64,000 nucleotides of DNA. Source: Rhina ancylostomus (Eukaryota). Shown in pieces: positions 49,430-62,640 of this stretch (its first letter is position 1; every line of letters starts with the position of its first letter). The stretch lies in contig JARFYF010000057.1 of the NCBI GenBank assembly GCA_030265395.1, positions 15,590,099-15,654,098 on the forward strand. The letters are read 5' to 3'. The notes under the pieces were generated by a model that saw only the letters and a list, made by a program, of their open reading frames with translations, made no database searches and had not been told where the DNA came from. A program made the position numbers and the translations under genes.

Positions 49430-51600
49430 GGATTTCTTGAATTATTTGAGAACTTCCTTCACCAGCATGTTATTGATACAACTTAAAAGAAGCATTGTTG
49501 AATTTGATGGTTAGGAATGAAATGGATCAACTGTTTGCAAGAGAATAGTTTGGTAAGAGCAATCATGGTATCATGAAGTTTAGACCGGTATTTGGTGTGG
49601 GGGGGAGCAGAAAGCAAGGAACAGTCTGAAGTAAAACTTGTAAAATGGAAGTGGGCTAACTTTCATGGGATGAGAGGGGATCTAGCCAGGATAATTTGGA
49701 GAGGGAGAGAGAAACAACAAACAGACTAGCTATGTTCCACAAGGGAAGGGTAGGTGAACCAGAGCCTTGGACTCCTTGGATGATGAGGAATATGGGGAAT
49801 AAAAAGGAGGGTATATGTTGTAAATATCAGATGAGAGAACTGAAGAGCAAAATGTTGCTGGCAAAGAGAGAATATGACAAAAAAATAGGCAATTAACAAA
49901 AAAGACCCCAAATATTTTTTTGCATGCTTTTTCAAATAATTGGGTATTGAGTGGTCAGGGGATGAGGATAAAGGGTAATGTATGCCTAGAGGTGCAGGGC
50001 AAGCATGAGTACCTTGTATCAGTGTTTTTGAAGGAAGTAGTGAGAGGGACGTGGGGTGGAGGGCTAAGGATAACTGAAGATAGGTCACAATCAAATCGGG
50101 TGTGTTCATCAAATGGCGGAGCAGGCCTGAGGGGCTTGTAACTTGTGTAAGATTTTGCTGACAAAGTATAGTAAACGATAAACTGGAACTTGGGCGCTCG
50201 ACTGGGTGATTTTCTGTTCCATTGATATTACTGCTATTGATGCACCAATGCACATTTAAGAAATTAAANNNNNNNNNNNNNNNNNNNNNNNNNNNNNNNN
50301 NNNNTTTTGCATACTGTTGCAATACACTTTCTAGTGAGTCAGGTGAGCTTAAAGGGAGCTTGGGAATGGGGCCTCAATAACGCAGACGCTGAACCACTGG
50401 GTTGCTTTCTAAAAACAAAATTAGATAGCAGATTATTAGTTCTGTCCCAGTAGAAGTGGAAATAATGGAAGTAATATGGCAAAATTTGATAGACAATCTT
50501 TCTAGTGCTCCTGCTTGTGCTTAAATTGGATAAGTTTCATGGTTTGGAGTGTGCATCTCTGGTTGCTGAGGGGAGCAGGAGTGAAAACAGCAGAAAGGCA
50601 TATCCCTAAATCTTCCCTACATATGTGCAGGGTTCCAGAAAATTAGATAGTGACAAATGTAATTCTCTTGATTTTGGGGGGGGGGGGGGGGTGGAAGGGG
50701 GGAAAGGTTGTAAGAACATTCCTAGTAACCACAGGCAGACAACTTGACACCAGTGATCCATAGTGGTTTGGGCAGGTGTGGTGTGTGGGAAGAAAAGCTA
50801 ATAGGCACACTGAGAGGCTCGAGTTTATTAGTGAGACCCAGAACAGACTTGCAAAGGGCAGATTGTTTGACTGACCTAACTGAAGCTTCTCAGTAAATAA
50901 GACAAATGATAAAGGGAATGCTGTGGATATTGTCTACATGGATTTTAGCGAAACATTTGACAAAGATGAGCCTGTGGAACAGGTGGGTTGGTGTCAAATG
51001 TATATTAGCTTAAGGACATAAAACAATGAGTAATGGTAAATCACTGTTGACCATCCTCGAGCCTGAAAAAATAATGGTGTTCTCCAAGGGTGTGAAATCC
51101 TCTTTCATTTTTAAAAAAAACTATTTGTATTTGGGAATATCATGTAATGGTTCACAATTTGCTGATGCTACACTTGGAGATTTAGCAAACAGAATCCAAA
51201 GCTAAATGATTGCAACAGAATGCAGGTTAGCAGAATTGGCAGATGATTACAGATGAAATTTAACATGGAAAAGTCTCAGAAGGTTTGAGAGAGCCAATAT
51301 AGATTTAATGGCATTACCCTAAAGAGTGTACAAGTCAGAGGAACTTATGGTTTAATGTGCACAGATCTTTGAAGATGACATATAATATCTTGGGCTTTGT
51401 AACTGGAGCAGAGATGTTATGCTGAGGAAGGAATTTGTATTCAGTGCGAGATAATGACCTGGAACTTGCTGCTTATGAGGGAAGTGGAGATGTTCATTGA
51501 TTTCAAAAGGATATTGAATTGGCATTTTGAGGAAAGTAAGCTTGCAGGCCTCTGTGGCTAATGGGCCTGATTGGATTGCTCTGGAGTGCTGGTACTTTTA
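49430..51600 (+). mobile_element. Highly degraded CR1-type LINE in CDC34 intron 4
   Basis: Relics such as GNAVDIVYMDFSETFDK and SQFADAT; boundaries approximate. Confidence 0.55.
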
Positions 51601-52070
51601 CACAATCGTTCAAATAGTCTCTTTTGTAATGAGTCAAAATCTATTCAGAAACGTGTAGCTCTCTGGCTGGTCATGAAATGGGATGGTGTGCACGAGTTGG
51701 TGCCAAACGGGAGACCTGCATTGATCTCTGGTTGGTGTCCTGGGATCACTGAGTAGGCGAGGCCGACTGGAGCAGATTAAGAGACAGAAACCCATATATC
51801 CACCTCAGTTGGGGAATCGCATAAGTGGGGAGAATGCTGAGCTTGCTGCCATAGTGATTGAGGCAAAGACCCATTTATCAGGAGATTGGGTAAAGATGTG
51901 GGGAGAAAGGAGCAAGATGTAACTGTGATGGAGCAGGTAATGGCAGGAGGAGGGCTTCTGTGTCATGGAGCATTGGGCTGAATGACTTCTTGTAAATCAG
52001 CTGGGTTGAGGCTGCACTGATCTGTGTTGTATCTGAACAAGGAAATTTGGATTTTTTTTATCTTCCTCAG

Positions 52071-52287
52071 AAAACAGGTCTTGGCCACCAAGGCAGAGGC
52101 AGACAAGGATGGTGTGAAGGTGCCGACCACCCTGGCAGAGTACTGTGTCAAGACGAAAGCTCCGCCACACGACAACAGCTCGGACTTGCTGTATGACGAT
52201 CTGTATGACGATGACATGGATGATGAGGAAGATGGGGATGGCGATTTCTTTGATGATGATGACGACTCAGGAAATGAGGAATCGTGA
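52071..52287 (+). CDS. CDC34: CDC34 exon 5 (acidic tail, stop)
   Basis: tcttcctcag|KQVLATKAEADKDGVKVPTTLAEYCVKTKAPPHDNSSDLLYDDLYDDDMDDEEDGDGDFFDDDDDSGNEES*. Confidence 0.95.
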
Positions 52288-54761
52288 CCAACAGCGGGAG
52301 GGGGCGACCGGCCGACCCCTGACCCCAACCCTCTCCCTTCCTCCTGCCTCTCCCCACCCACCTCCCCCAACCCTCCTCCCAGAGCCAGTGGCTGCCCTGG
52401 CTCTGGGACTGAACCCGATCCTGATACCCACGCTGCGACGCTCGCCCAACCCTCCCCCAGTAAATGTATTTGGGCCCTGAGTCGCATCAACGCTGCTCTT
52501 CCAGAACAAACTTTTCCTGCTGTGAGCCTGTGGCCGGGAGGGGGATGTGTGTGGGGGAGGGCGCTTGTATTCTTGTCTTTGTTTCTGAAGCTGTGTCATT
52601 TGTTTTTTTTTGAAAAGTCCGATGGTGAAACATTTATGGGGTGGTATGGCATTGCTCCATGTAATATGCTGATAAAGATTGTCTCTGGTGATACTTTCTA
52701 GCTAATAGCCAAGCCCTTTCTTACCCATGTATGTTCTGAGGTGGTGGGGACAGAGTGGAAATGGCCTCAGTTGTAGTGGAGTATGGATCTCAACTCCATA
52801 TCCTGGTCCTCCAACCTTGACTTGTCTATAACACTGCTTGTGAAACTGTTGAGCAGGCAGCCCAGCTGGATTGCTTGGTGTTTGTTAGTGCCTGGGTAAG
52901 CTAGTTTACCTCTGATGACCTCTCCTGAGGAGTGAGCTGGGGATGGGGAGTAGTGAGACTACTTTTCTACCCTTCCCACCAGTTCTATTCCCCTCAGTTT
53001 GGATATTCATCCATCAGAGATCAGTCTGAAAGAATTAAGCTCAATTTCATTTGCTCATTCTGCCCTTGCCTTCTGGTCCCATTTGCTCTCTGCCCTCCCC
53101 ACTCAGACCTATTGCTTTGGTAATTTGAAAGCTAGGGTTGATGTTGACAGTCTGCATGTGGGTGCTGTCCCCACTTCACTGGTTGCTGGTGTGGGAATGC
53201 CTTTCCATCACAGGTCTTGGATGTGAAAGCGTTTACATTATTTTTGCAATTTACCTTTTGCAGAAACTGTTTGAAATTGACTTGAATCAGTTTATGCCCC
53301 CACCCAACATCACACTCAGACTGTACTTGAACATGTTCTTGACCTGCAGAGTTACAGCCCAAGTGCTAGAAGGTGGGATTAGGGCAAGCAGCTCTTTCTT
53401 TGGTCTACAGGATGCAGGCCGACTGTCTACCTCCTGTGCCATTAAATTTCTATTTGTGCTGTTCAGCCTGTGGTGGATTTCTGGTCTAAAGTGGTGACAT
53501 GAAGGGAGAAATGAGATGAAAATGCCCCTGCTCTACTGTCTCTTAGTTCTCCCTTAACTAGTAAAACAGTCAAACTTCAGGGGGTACAGAGGGTCGTCTT
53601 ATGCCTTAATGCGCAGTACAAGTGATTCTCCCAGCTCACCATTACTCCTGGATGGTTAAGAAATCTTATGCATTGTTACAGATGCACTCTCTCCAGTTGA
53701 AGATTGGTGCATAAACTTTGTTGTCCAGGGCTTGAAGGTTGGGTGGGAAATTTAAAAAAAAAATTCCTGATGTATGTGATAGAATTGAAGCCTCATTCCT
53801 TATTGATGGAGCTTGCAAGCATGAGATTGGGCTGTGATTTCACATCTTGGGTATGGGCAATACTTGTGTTTGTTCATGGAATGATCATAACCACAGTGTA
53901 CCAGCTGTGCCCTGGAGAAGAGGGAATCTGTACCCAAATTAATTTCTAATTATGGTTTATTGGTCTTGCTCAGTGGGGCTGTGGGCCCAAGCTCCATGCT
54001 CTTGAAGGTGAAGTGGTCGGGTTCCCTGAAACGCTGCTGATGTCCAAGGTAGGCAGAATGCTGAGGGAAGTATGGTTAACTCTATGCTGAGTGTGGAGCC
54101 TTTCAGTCCTAACCTGCCTAACGTGGAACAGCTGGTGCTTAGCCCCCTCCTTGTGTGCAAGTTCCACATCCTGTTTCTGCAGTTTTCGATGGGATGTCCA
54201 GCACCGTAACCCCCTCCTGCTCAGTATTCTGTTGTCTGGCTGGATGCTGCTGAGTGTGGCCTACCAGAAGTGAGGAGAATTACATGGGGGTAGAGCATAG
54301 GTGGTCCTTGCTGTACCCTGTATGTCTGATGGCTAGTGTGGCTGCAGCTGGGCTGACTGCAAGTTTGATAGAACTTTCAAAATGTCATCCTGCACAGTTG
54401 TGCTGAGAAGGTTGGTTTAATTTATGGCATTTGAAGGTTGTTGTCATTCACTAATACCTGACACGCTTGGATCTTCAGCAAACCCTTGCTCTCTGGGATT
54501 GTCTTGCTCGTAACCTCTGGTCATGGTAACTGCACCAGGTGGGTGGTGGGAGGGGACCTATTATGTGGTCTCCCTTTGCTTGCAGATGCCAATGCTGCTG
54601 ATCATCCTGTGCGTGTGCACGCACTCCCTGCCTTCAACTTGCAGAGTTTCTGGAGCCGACAAGAGCATGGTTCACAGTTGCTTCATCTGTGTTCACTGGC
54701 AGGAGCCAGAAGTGATCCAGAGTTTGGTTTTAAGTCTTTTTATTTCTTTGTTTCTAAATCT

Positions 54762-54767
54762 AATAAA
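54762..54767 (+). terminator. CDC34: Probable CDC34 polyadenylation signal (about 2.5 kb 3' UTR)
   Basis: AATAAA preceded by a T-rich tract and followed by GT-rich sequence, after a largely unique stretch. Confidence 0.55.
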
Positions 54768-57700
54768 GAACTTTTCAGGACACGGTGAGTGTTTGTGTCG
54801 CTATGAAGCTGTTTCTAACCTCTCTCCGATTTGAAAGTGGTGTTGGAGGGAGTCTTCCCCCATTCTGTCACCTACAGAGGATTATGGATTTAACCCTATA
54901 ACCCAACTTTCGTTATCCAGAGGACTGGATACATTTCCACTGCACTTCTCACCAGCATCACATCACTAACAGTTGTACAAACACTGGAGGCCAATTTTGC
55001 CTTCCAAGGACCCAGAAACAGTAGTAGCATTAATTTAAAGATATTGAAAAGACTGAGCGAACTTGTAGTAAATGTATTTTGGTTTGCATTAGTGTTAGAA
55101 TAACTCCTGTGAATCTAAAGAGTTCCTTCCAAAGGCTCAAAAGCATTGGGGTCACAAGTGATTGTTCGTTGTGTACATTGACCATTAAAATATCACACAT
55201 GTATGCAGGAAGTAAAGGCTAATAGAATGAATTCACAAAACTGAAGTATGAAGGGATTGGAGGTTATGCCACAGCTACAGTTCTGGTTGGACCACAGTCG
55301 GTGGTTCTCAGCAGCACACCTGAAGGATATTCTGATCCTGGAACTTGCACACCATAAATCCATCAGGATGGTATTTGGACTCTTAATAGTTATAAGATTA
55401 TTGTACAAGAAGTAAGTTGAATTCACTGGAATTCAGAAGCTTGTTGGAAAATTTGAACTATGTTATAAAAGGGAATTGATAGTTTCTCTAATTCTGCTTG
55501 TTGGGACATCAAAAGAATAGTGAGTAAAGTCGGAGATTTTTTAAAAACTTGTATTTATATGGTGACTTTAATGCCTCAATGTCTGGTAGCCTTTCAAAGC
55601 AAATTAAGTTTTTATGTAGTAACTCCACAGACATGATGGTAGAAGCTTGAAAGTCTCTTCTGCAAAAAGCCATTGATTAATTTTAAACCTTTTGAGATGC
55701 TTGATGACAAAGATTAATAGGTGCAGAGGTGTGGACTTGATATGCCATTGAGTCTCATTTGAAATCATGGAAAGAAGCTGTTGTGGCTTCCCTAAGGGTG
55801 GAGACTGGAACCTGAGGTGGCTACATCAGGAGGATGATGACTACCTGGAGGAACCTGTTGCATTGTGATGGTGAGAGTCCCATTCCACTGGTTGCTGTAC
55901 AACTGCTAGCTGTAGCGGAAATTGAGAGTGACTTAGCAGCCTTGGCGAGTGCACTTGAGTGGGCCTCAGCTTTGACATGGGCACCTGTGCCAGAAAGCTT
56001 GGGGGCCACTTTCTCCTTCCACTCCACCCAACCTCAACCCAGCAGTTGTCATTTTACCCTTACTGTTCTGTCTGAGCTCCTGTCTCATGGGTTGCTATTC
56101 CAGGACACTTGCTTCCCCCTCTGGCACCTGTTGTCAATGCAGCTGGGACTTAACAAATTTTCCAAACTGAGTAACAGGAATCAACATTGTACTGTTCATT
56201 ATGCCTTTGGTGGTTGGGGGGGGGGGGGGGGAGAAGGGAAGAGAATGCAGAGATAACATTCATAATTTGTGGTCGTCATCAGAATAGGCTCTCTTTCCCA
56301 TAGCCAACAACTCTCTGAATAGGAATACTGGCCCATGCAGTATTCTGGATTCCATGGTCGCTGGCCCTCACTGGCTTATGAACTATGCAGAGGATTTGTG
56401 AGAATACAACTAAATTGAGAAGGGGAAAGTTCTTATTTGGTGGTAGTATGATGGATTTTGAGTCAAGTCTGGAGAAGCTAGCATTGTTCCCCTTGGAACA
56501 AAAGTTTGAGAGGAGTTTTGGTGGGGTGTTCAAGATCATGACAGGTTTTCAGAAGGTAGATAAAACTGTTCCCATTGACAGATGGTTCAAGGTCAAGGGG
56601 AGACACAATTTTGCCAAAAGGTACATGATGACTGTTAGGAAAATTTTAATACACCACAGTAATGATCTGGTAAATGCTGCCTGGAGGGATGGTAGTAACA
56701 GAATCCGAGTCCCTCATAAAGGATTGGCAATAATTTTGAAGACTTTGGGGAAAGAACAGAGAATGGAACTGCAATTATAATTGAGGATGTTGACTCTCAA
56801 ATGTTTAGATTCCAAGGGACGGTCTCCAGTATCTCTGAATCTGAGCCTAATGAGTGAGTATTTTTGATTATGACAGGCATCAGAATCTATCCTGAACCAA
56901 TATTTTCACTTGATCCACTCCTGTTCATAAAAAGCAGGACAAATCCCGGCTGGTTGACTAATGCCCAAGCTGAATTGCAGCAACATGATGGAAGATGTTA
57001 TTTACAATGGTATCAAGTAGCACTTGTGCCTGGACCACTTGGTTCCAAACCTCCCTACAGTCTTTATCCAAATGTGGACTGAAGATCTGAATTGGAGGTA
57101 AGTGACTGCTCTTGATTTTTTTTTGACCAAGTGTGGCATGAAGGAATCCTAGCAAAATGGAAGGAATTGGGAATGAAGTAGAAAACATTTCCAATAGCTG
57201 GAGTTGTATTTTCCATCAAGGAAGATGGTTGTGGTTATTGGAGGTCAATCATCATTCAGGAGTTCCTCAAGGCAGTATCCAAGCCCAAGCATCTTCAGTT
57301 TCTTTCCATCTAAAGATCAGAAATGGGGATGTTCACTGTGCAATGTTCAGCTTCATTTACAATGTCTCAGTAAGTCAACCAGTCCATGCCTACATGCAGC
57401 AAAACCTAGACAATGTTCAGCTATAGGCAGATAAGTAGCACAAAAGTGGCAATGACCATCTCTAATAAATCTTACTTCTTGTCCTTGACATTCTAAACTA
57501 TTACACACTGGGTCCCCATCAATAGTCTGACAGTCATCACTGACCAGAGAGTCAATAATAAATATTGTGATTATAGGAGTAGGTCAGAGGTGAGGAAATC
57601 CTGAGGCGAGTAACTTGCCAAATGTCAGCCCAGAGCCTTTCCAGTATCTAGCATAACTAGGAGCATGTTGGAACACTTTCGACCCACTTGTTTGAATGCA

Positions 57701-59099
57701 CTACTAATGGCAGAGACATTGCAATGGCTATCATCCACAAAATATACTGAATTTACTCGCCTAGGCTGTTCCTAAAATGCAACCCAATTCCATGGCTTCT
57801 TCCACCAATAACAATAGGGGCTCTGGACACAAAGGAAAAGCACATTCCACTCCAAGTTGCACACTAACCTTATGTCGAAATATATCATGGGTTCTTTAGA
57901 TAATACTGGAACTCTCTGCTCAAAAGCACAGGACTGAAGCAGTTCAAGAAGGTGGCTTGGCACCGCCTCAATGGCAACTATGGATGGACAATAAATGATG
58001 GCCTTGTCTGTGACAGCCTTGTTGGATAATTTTGTTTTACAACTTAATGGACAACTATCAGTGCAAGTATCTTGACTGATTCCCTAATCCTAGCTAATGA
58101 CAAATATTGTCTGGGTTGATTGATTTGGAAGGAATTTAAGGCTATTGCTTTCATTTAAATCATCTAAAACTGTGAATAATCTTCGTTATCCTGTTATTAA
58201 ATGCGTTAAATGGGGTGCATTAGGGGTCATGTGTCATTGTCCTCATTGCCCTGTTGGGAAAGCTCAACTATACTTCACCTTAAATACAAGTTTAAGAGCT
58301 AGGAAAGGTTGGAGTACTCGTTAATGCTCTCTATAGTTGATAAGGTAGTAAAACAATCATTCACGCACATTTTATCATTACATTGTTATTAATTATAACA
58401 ACGTATTCAAATTTCAGGGTCACCGACAACAGCTGGAAAACATATAATTCTCTCTGCTTTTCTACTATTCTCCACAAGAGGAAGTGAGATACCCCCAGAA
58501 ACTCGGGTCTCCATTGCATTCATTGGATCAACAAGCCTGTGCAATAAAAGATGTTCCAAAGACGTGCTGGTAGATAAATTGACTTCTGCGAATTTTCCTT
58601 TAATGTAAATTAATTGTAAAAAGAATCAAAGGCCAATTGATGGGTGTGTGAGAGAAAAAGTGGCAGGGGTAATGGAAAACGAGAAGTGGAAATAGGACAA
58701 ATGCCTCACTTCACCGGGAGCTGGCATAGCTCAGATGGGATAAATGGCCTTTTTATACGGTTAGAAGTGTAGGATAAGGATATCTAATAGGAAATGTAGG
58801 GATCTTCTCTGTACGTCCCTGACATGTCACCTGGATGCTGCCTGTCAGATTTATGATACTCCAAAGGCATTTATCGATCACATTTTTTCGGGAGGTAAAG
58901 CTACAACTGGGGGTATCCATGTGGGACCGAATTTGCTCCTTTACTCAGAAGGTTGTTAATCTCCACCGCAGGGGGCTCACTGGATGCCGAGGGAAATGAA
59001 GGAATTTGGGGGTCGGGTGGGACGTTTTCTTGAGGTAAAGGACCAGCCGTGACCTTACTGAACAGTGCAACAGGCTCGGGGGTTGCACAGCCGATTGCT

Positions 59100-59620
59100 G
59101 CTCCTATTTCTTAAACGTGCTGGGTTTTCCATCCATTGGTGGGATCCGAGATGGGTGGGGGGTCAGTGCGGAGGGAGCGTCTGTCGGCTCCGGCCTCCGG
59201 TCAGCCCGCGACTGGAACCGTTGGCGGTAACCCGAGCCGCCGTCCGAGCCTTGTGGGGAAGGTGCTGGCTGGTCCTCTGCTCCGATTGGCTGGTGGGAGA
59301 CCCAGCTCGCGGAAGGGTTAGATTGCCGTACCGGAAGCGGGGCGCCGCCGGGGCCGAGGAGCCGGAACCGAGAGACGGAGCGCGGAGCGGAGCGCGGGTC
59401 CCGGGCCGGAGCGGCGGGTGAGAGCGGGGCCTCGGGCCGGCCGGGTGGGGGTGGTGGAGAGGGCGGCGGCTCAGCGTGCACTTCAGGCCTGGCTCGGCGC
59501 GGGAAACTAGCACCGCCCCCTGCCCCCCCCCATAAGGCGTGCCGCCCCCCCCCCCCACATTACTGCTTCCCGCCCCCTCCATTCGCCGTCAAACTCCCGT
59601 CGGCCCCAATGTCTCCCACC
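59100..59620 (+). promoter_or_regulatory. CpG-island promoter and probable non-coding first exon (ending about 59417) of an unidentified gene
   Basis: CpG-rich; inverted CCAAT (GATTGG, about 59284), ETS/GABP site CCGGAAGCGG at 59331-59340; donor-like CGG|GTGAGA at 59418; no ATG in the exon. Confidence 0.6.
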
Positions 59621-60909
59621 CCCGCTCCAGACCCACCCGCATCCCTTTCACTCCCCACCCCCGTCTCTCCCATGCTCAGTCTCTCCTAGTCTCTTCACCC
59701 CCTTCCCCCCAACCCTGGTCTCCCTTCCCCTCACCCCGCTGGCCCCAGTCTCTTTTCCCTTCGCCCCCCCCCACCGCGCCGGCCTCCGCCTATCTCCCCN
59801 NNNNNNNNNNNNNNNNNNNNNNNNNNNNNNNNNNNNNNNNNNNNNNNNNNNNNNNNNNNNNNNNNNNNNNNNNNNNNNNNNNNNNNNNNNNNNNNNNNNN
59901 NNNNNNNNNNNNNNNNNNNNNNNNNNNNNNNNNNNNNNNNNNNNNNNNNNNNNNNNNNNNNNNNNNNNNNNNNNNNNNNNNNNNNNNNNNNNNNNNNNNN
60001 NNNNNNNNNNNNNNNNNNNNNNNNNNNNNNNNNNNNNNNNNNNNNNNNNNNNNNNNNNNNNNNNNNNNNNNNNNNNNNNNNNNNNNNNNNNNNNNNNNNN
60101 NNNNNNNNNNNNNNNNNNNNNNNNNNNNNNNNNNNNNNNNNNNNNNNNNNNNNNNNNNNNNNNNNNNNNNNNGCCCCAGTCTCTCTCCACCCTATTCCCC
60201 TGGCTCCAGTCTCTCTCCACATCACTTCTGCCTTTTCTCCTCTTTGCTTTGTGCTTAAACGTCTAGGTTCTGCCTTGATTTCATGATTTACTAATTCTCT
60301 TATTTAAATCTGTTAATGAATTTATGGGTTCTGAGAATCATGTAGCACATGCTGACTAAAGCAAGAACAGCATGCAATGTGAGCTGCTGTCATTTATGCA
60401 GCCCGTCATTGATTTTAGATGGTTACCCGGCCAGGAAAGCTGATGTGGAATCTGTGCTGTAGATTTCTTTTCTCATTCCGTATCTCAAAGTTTCACAGTT
60501 ACTGAACTGGATTAAAAGAACGTCTTGCAGTTTGATCCTGAATGTTTTGTGTATTAGATCTAATTTTGATGTCCAACTCACCAGCTGCTAAGAATGAAAT
60601 GAATGGCGGTGTCTGTATGAGGCCCACTGTATAGGACGATGCCATTTCATCCGATCCAAAGTCCTTCTGTTAAAGATTGTTTGGAGCCAGCTTTGTGGTG
60701 GAGTCTTGAAAATTTACATTTAGGTATTCTGCTTGGTGCTAACTAAGTCGTGACTTACTGTCTGAACCCAGTGCTGAGTTGTTTTCCCCAGAGCAGTGAA
60801 AGAATAAATTAAGCACATTATTACGGGCATTAACAGTTTCAGTGTAGTACTGGATTTTTTGATTCCTTGGCGTTGGAGTTAATAAATGCAACATTGACAT
60901 TTAATAGCA

Positions 60910-61150
60910 AAACACAGAAGATGCTGGAGGAATTCAGCANNNNNNNNNNNNNNNNNNNNNNNNNNNNNNNNNNNNNNNNNNNNNNNNNNNNNNNNNNNNN
61001 NNNNNNNNNTGGAGTCCCGATGAAGGGTCTTGGCCCGAAACATTGACTGTTCATTCCCCTCCACAGATGCTGCCTGACCTGCTGAGTTCCTCCAGCATCT
61101 TGTGTGTTGCTCCAGGTTTCCAGCATCTGTAGTCTCTCTTGTGTCTCCAT
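60910..61150. mobile_element. Penelope-derived inverted-repeat element with decayed hammerhead core
   Basis: Arms AACACAGAAGATGCTGGAGGAATTCAGCA and TGCTGAGTTCCTCCAGCATCTTGTGTGTT are near reverse complements; related pieces at about 17270-17358, 19755-19890, 22075-22260, 44115-44450 and 63550-63645. Confidence 0.6.
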
Positions 61151-61477
61151 GTTGATATTTAAAATTTTATATCCCTTCTCTCCTTGCTGCCATGAACATC
61201 TATCCTGTGACTGGAGCTTTAAGTGAATAAAAGCTTATGTTCCTTATCTCTCTTGAGATAGGAACTCCTTATCTTTTAGTGAGTCATCTGCAGTGATCTG
61301 AATCCATTTAGTTTAGAAATGGTGGGGTGCAGTTTCTGCTATGGGCACCATCTTGAAATTGTGCTGGTTGGGTAACAGTTTCTTCTGAGAACTACAACCA
61401 CAAAGTCTTCAATGTACCAGCACAGTTGGACAGAATTTGTTTTTAAATTAACTCATATTCCTTAATGTATTTTATAC

Positions 61478-61771
61478 GATATAATATTTCTTTATTAGTC
61501 ACATGTACGTCGAAACACACAGTGAAATGCATCTTTGCGTAGAATGTTCTGGGGGTAGCCCGCAAATGTTGTCATGCTTCTGGTGCCAACATAGCATGCC
61601 CACAATTCCTAACCTGTACGTCTTTAGAATGTGGGAGGAAACTGGAGCACCCGGAGGAAAACCCACACATTCATGGGGAGAACGTACAAGCTCCTTACAG
61701 ACAGCGGCCAGAATTGAGCCCAGGTCACTGGTGCTGAAATAGCGTTACGCTAACCACTACACTACCGTGCC
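61478..61771 (-). mobile_element. Near full-length tRNA-derived V-SINE (HE1-like)
   Basis: - strand GGCACGGTAGTGTAGTGGTTAGC (A-box-like), GGGCTCAATTC (B-box-like), V-domain core GGGTTTTCCTCCGGGTGCTCCAGTTTCCTCCCACA, and AATAAA tail. Confidence 0.75.
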
Positions 61772-62334
61772 TGCCAATACAGTTTTATTAATATACCTGA
61801 AAGTGAGTTTATCACCAAAAGTATTGTTACTAAAAGTGACAAATTCTCTGAATTTATTATCCTTAATGTTACAGAAAAGTAATGCTGAACCATTTGTTAG
61901 TTCAATTTGTGTAAACTCATTCTTTTTCTTGGTAAATTAAATATTTTCAATGTGCGGAGAGTTTTAAAAACAAGCTGCTTTTGGCTGTGCGAGGGAGCAA
62001 GATTTGAAGAAGCTTCCTGAGGCAACACATTGGCATGATGAGGGATGGTGGTTTGGTTCCTTCATCTGATCTCGGTGAAATGAATATCAGAACTGCTTAA
62101 ATTAGTTTGGAAAACACAAGCTCATGAATGGTTTGTGATGTGATGCTGCTTTAAATCCCCAGTCATTTTACACTCATGCTGCTACAACTGGTAGAAATGT
62201 CACACTGTGACTGAGACATTAGCTACAGTGGCAAACTATGAAACAAATGTAATTTTTATGAAAAGGTTGTTTCACAAATAGTTTTTGTTTGTGGCGTGAA
62301 CTTGAGGTTAATTTGTCAGTAGTTTTGATCAGAA

Positions 62335-62640
62335 TTAGAACGAGAATCAGTTTTATTATCACTGACATATGTCGTGAAATTAGTTGTTTTGCGGCAGCAG
62401 TACAGTGCAAGACATAAAGACAAAAATCACTAAAGTTACAAAAATAAATAAGTAGTGCAAAAGAAGAATAATGAGGCAATGTTCATGGGTTCATGGACCA
62501 TTCAGAAACCTGATGGAGGAGGGAGGAAGCTGTTCCTGAAATGTTGAGTGTGGGTCTTCAGGTTCCTGTACCTCCTCCCCGATGGCAGTAACGTGAAGAG
62601 GGCATGTCCCAGGTGGTGAGGGTCAATGATGGATGCATGT
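62335..62640 (-). mobile_element. Rex1/Babar-type 3' end fragment
   Basis: Reverse complement closely matches 18380-18660 (..CACTGACATATGTCGTGAAATT..GCAGCAGTACAGTGCAAGACATA..GGGTTCATGGACCATTCA). Confidence 0.75.

Noticed and set aside
61690-61771. tRNA gene
   Set aside because: The A/B-box-like head runs into a V-SINE core and tail, so this is a SINE.
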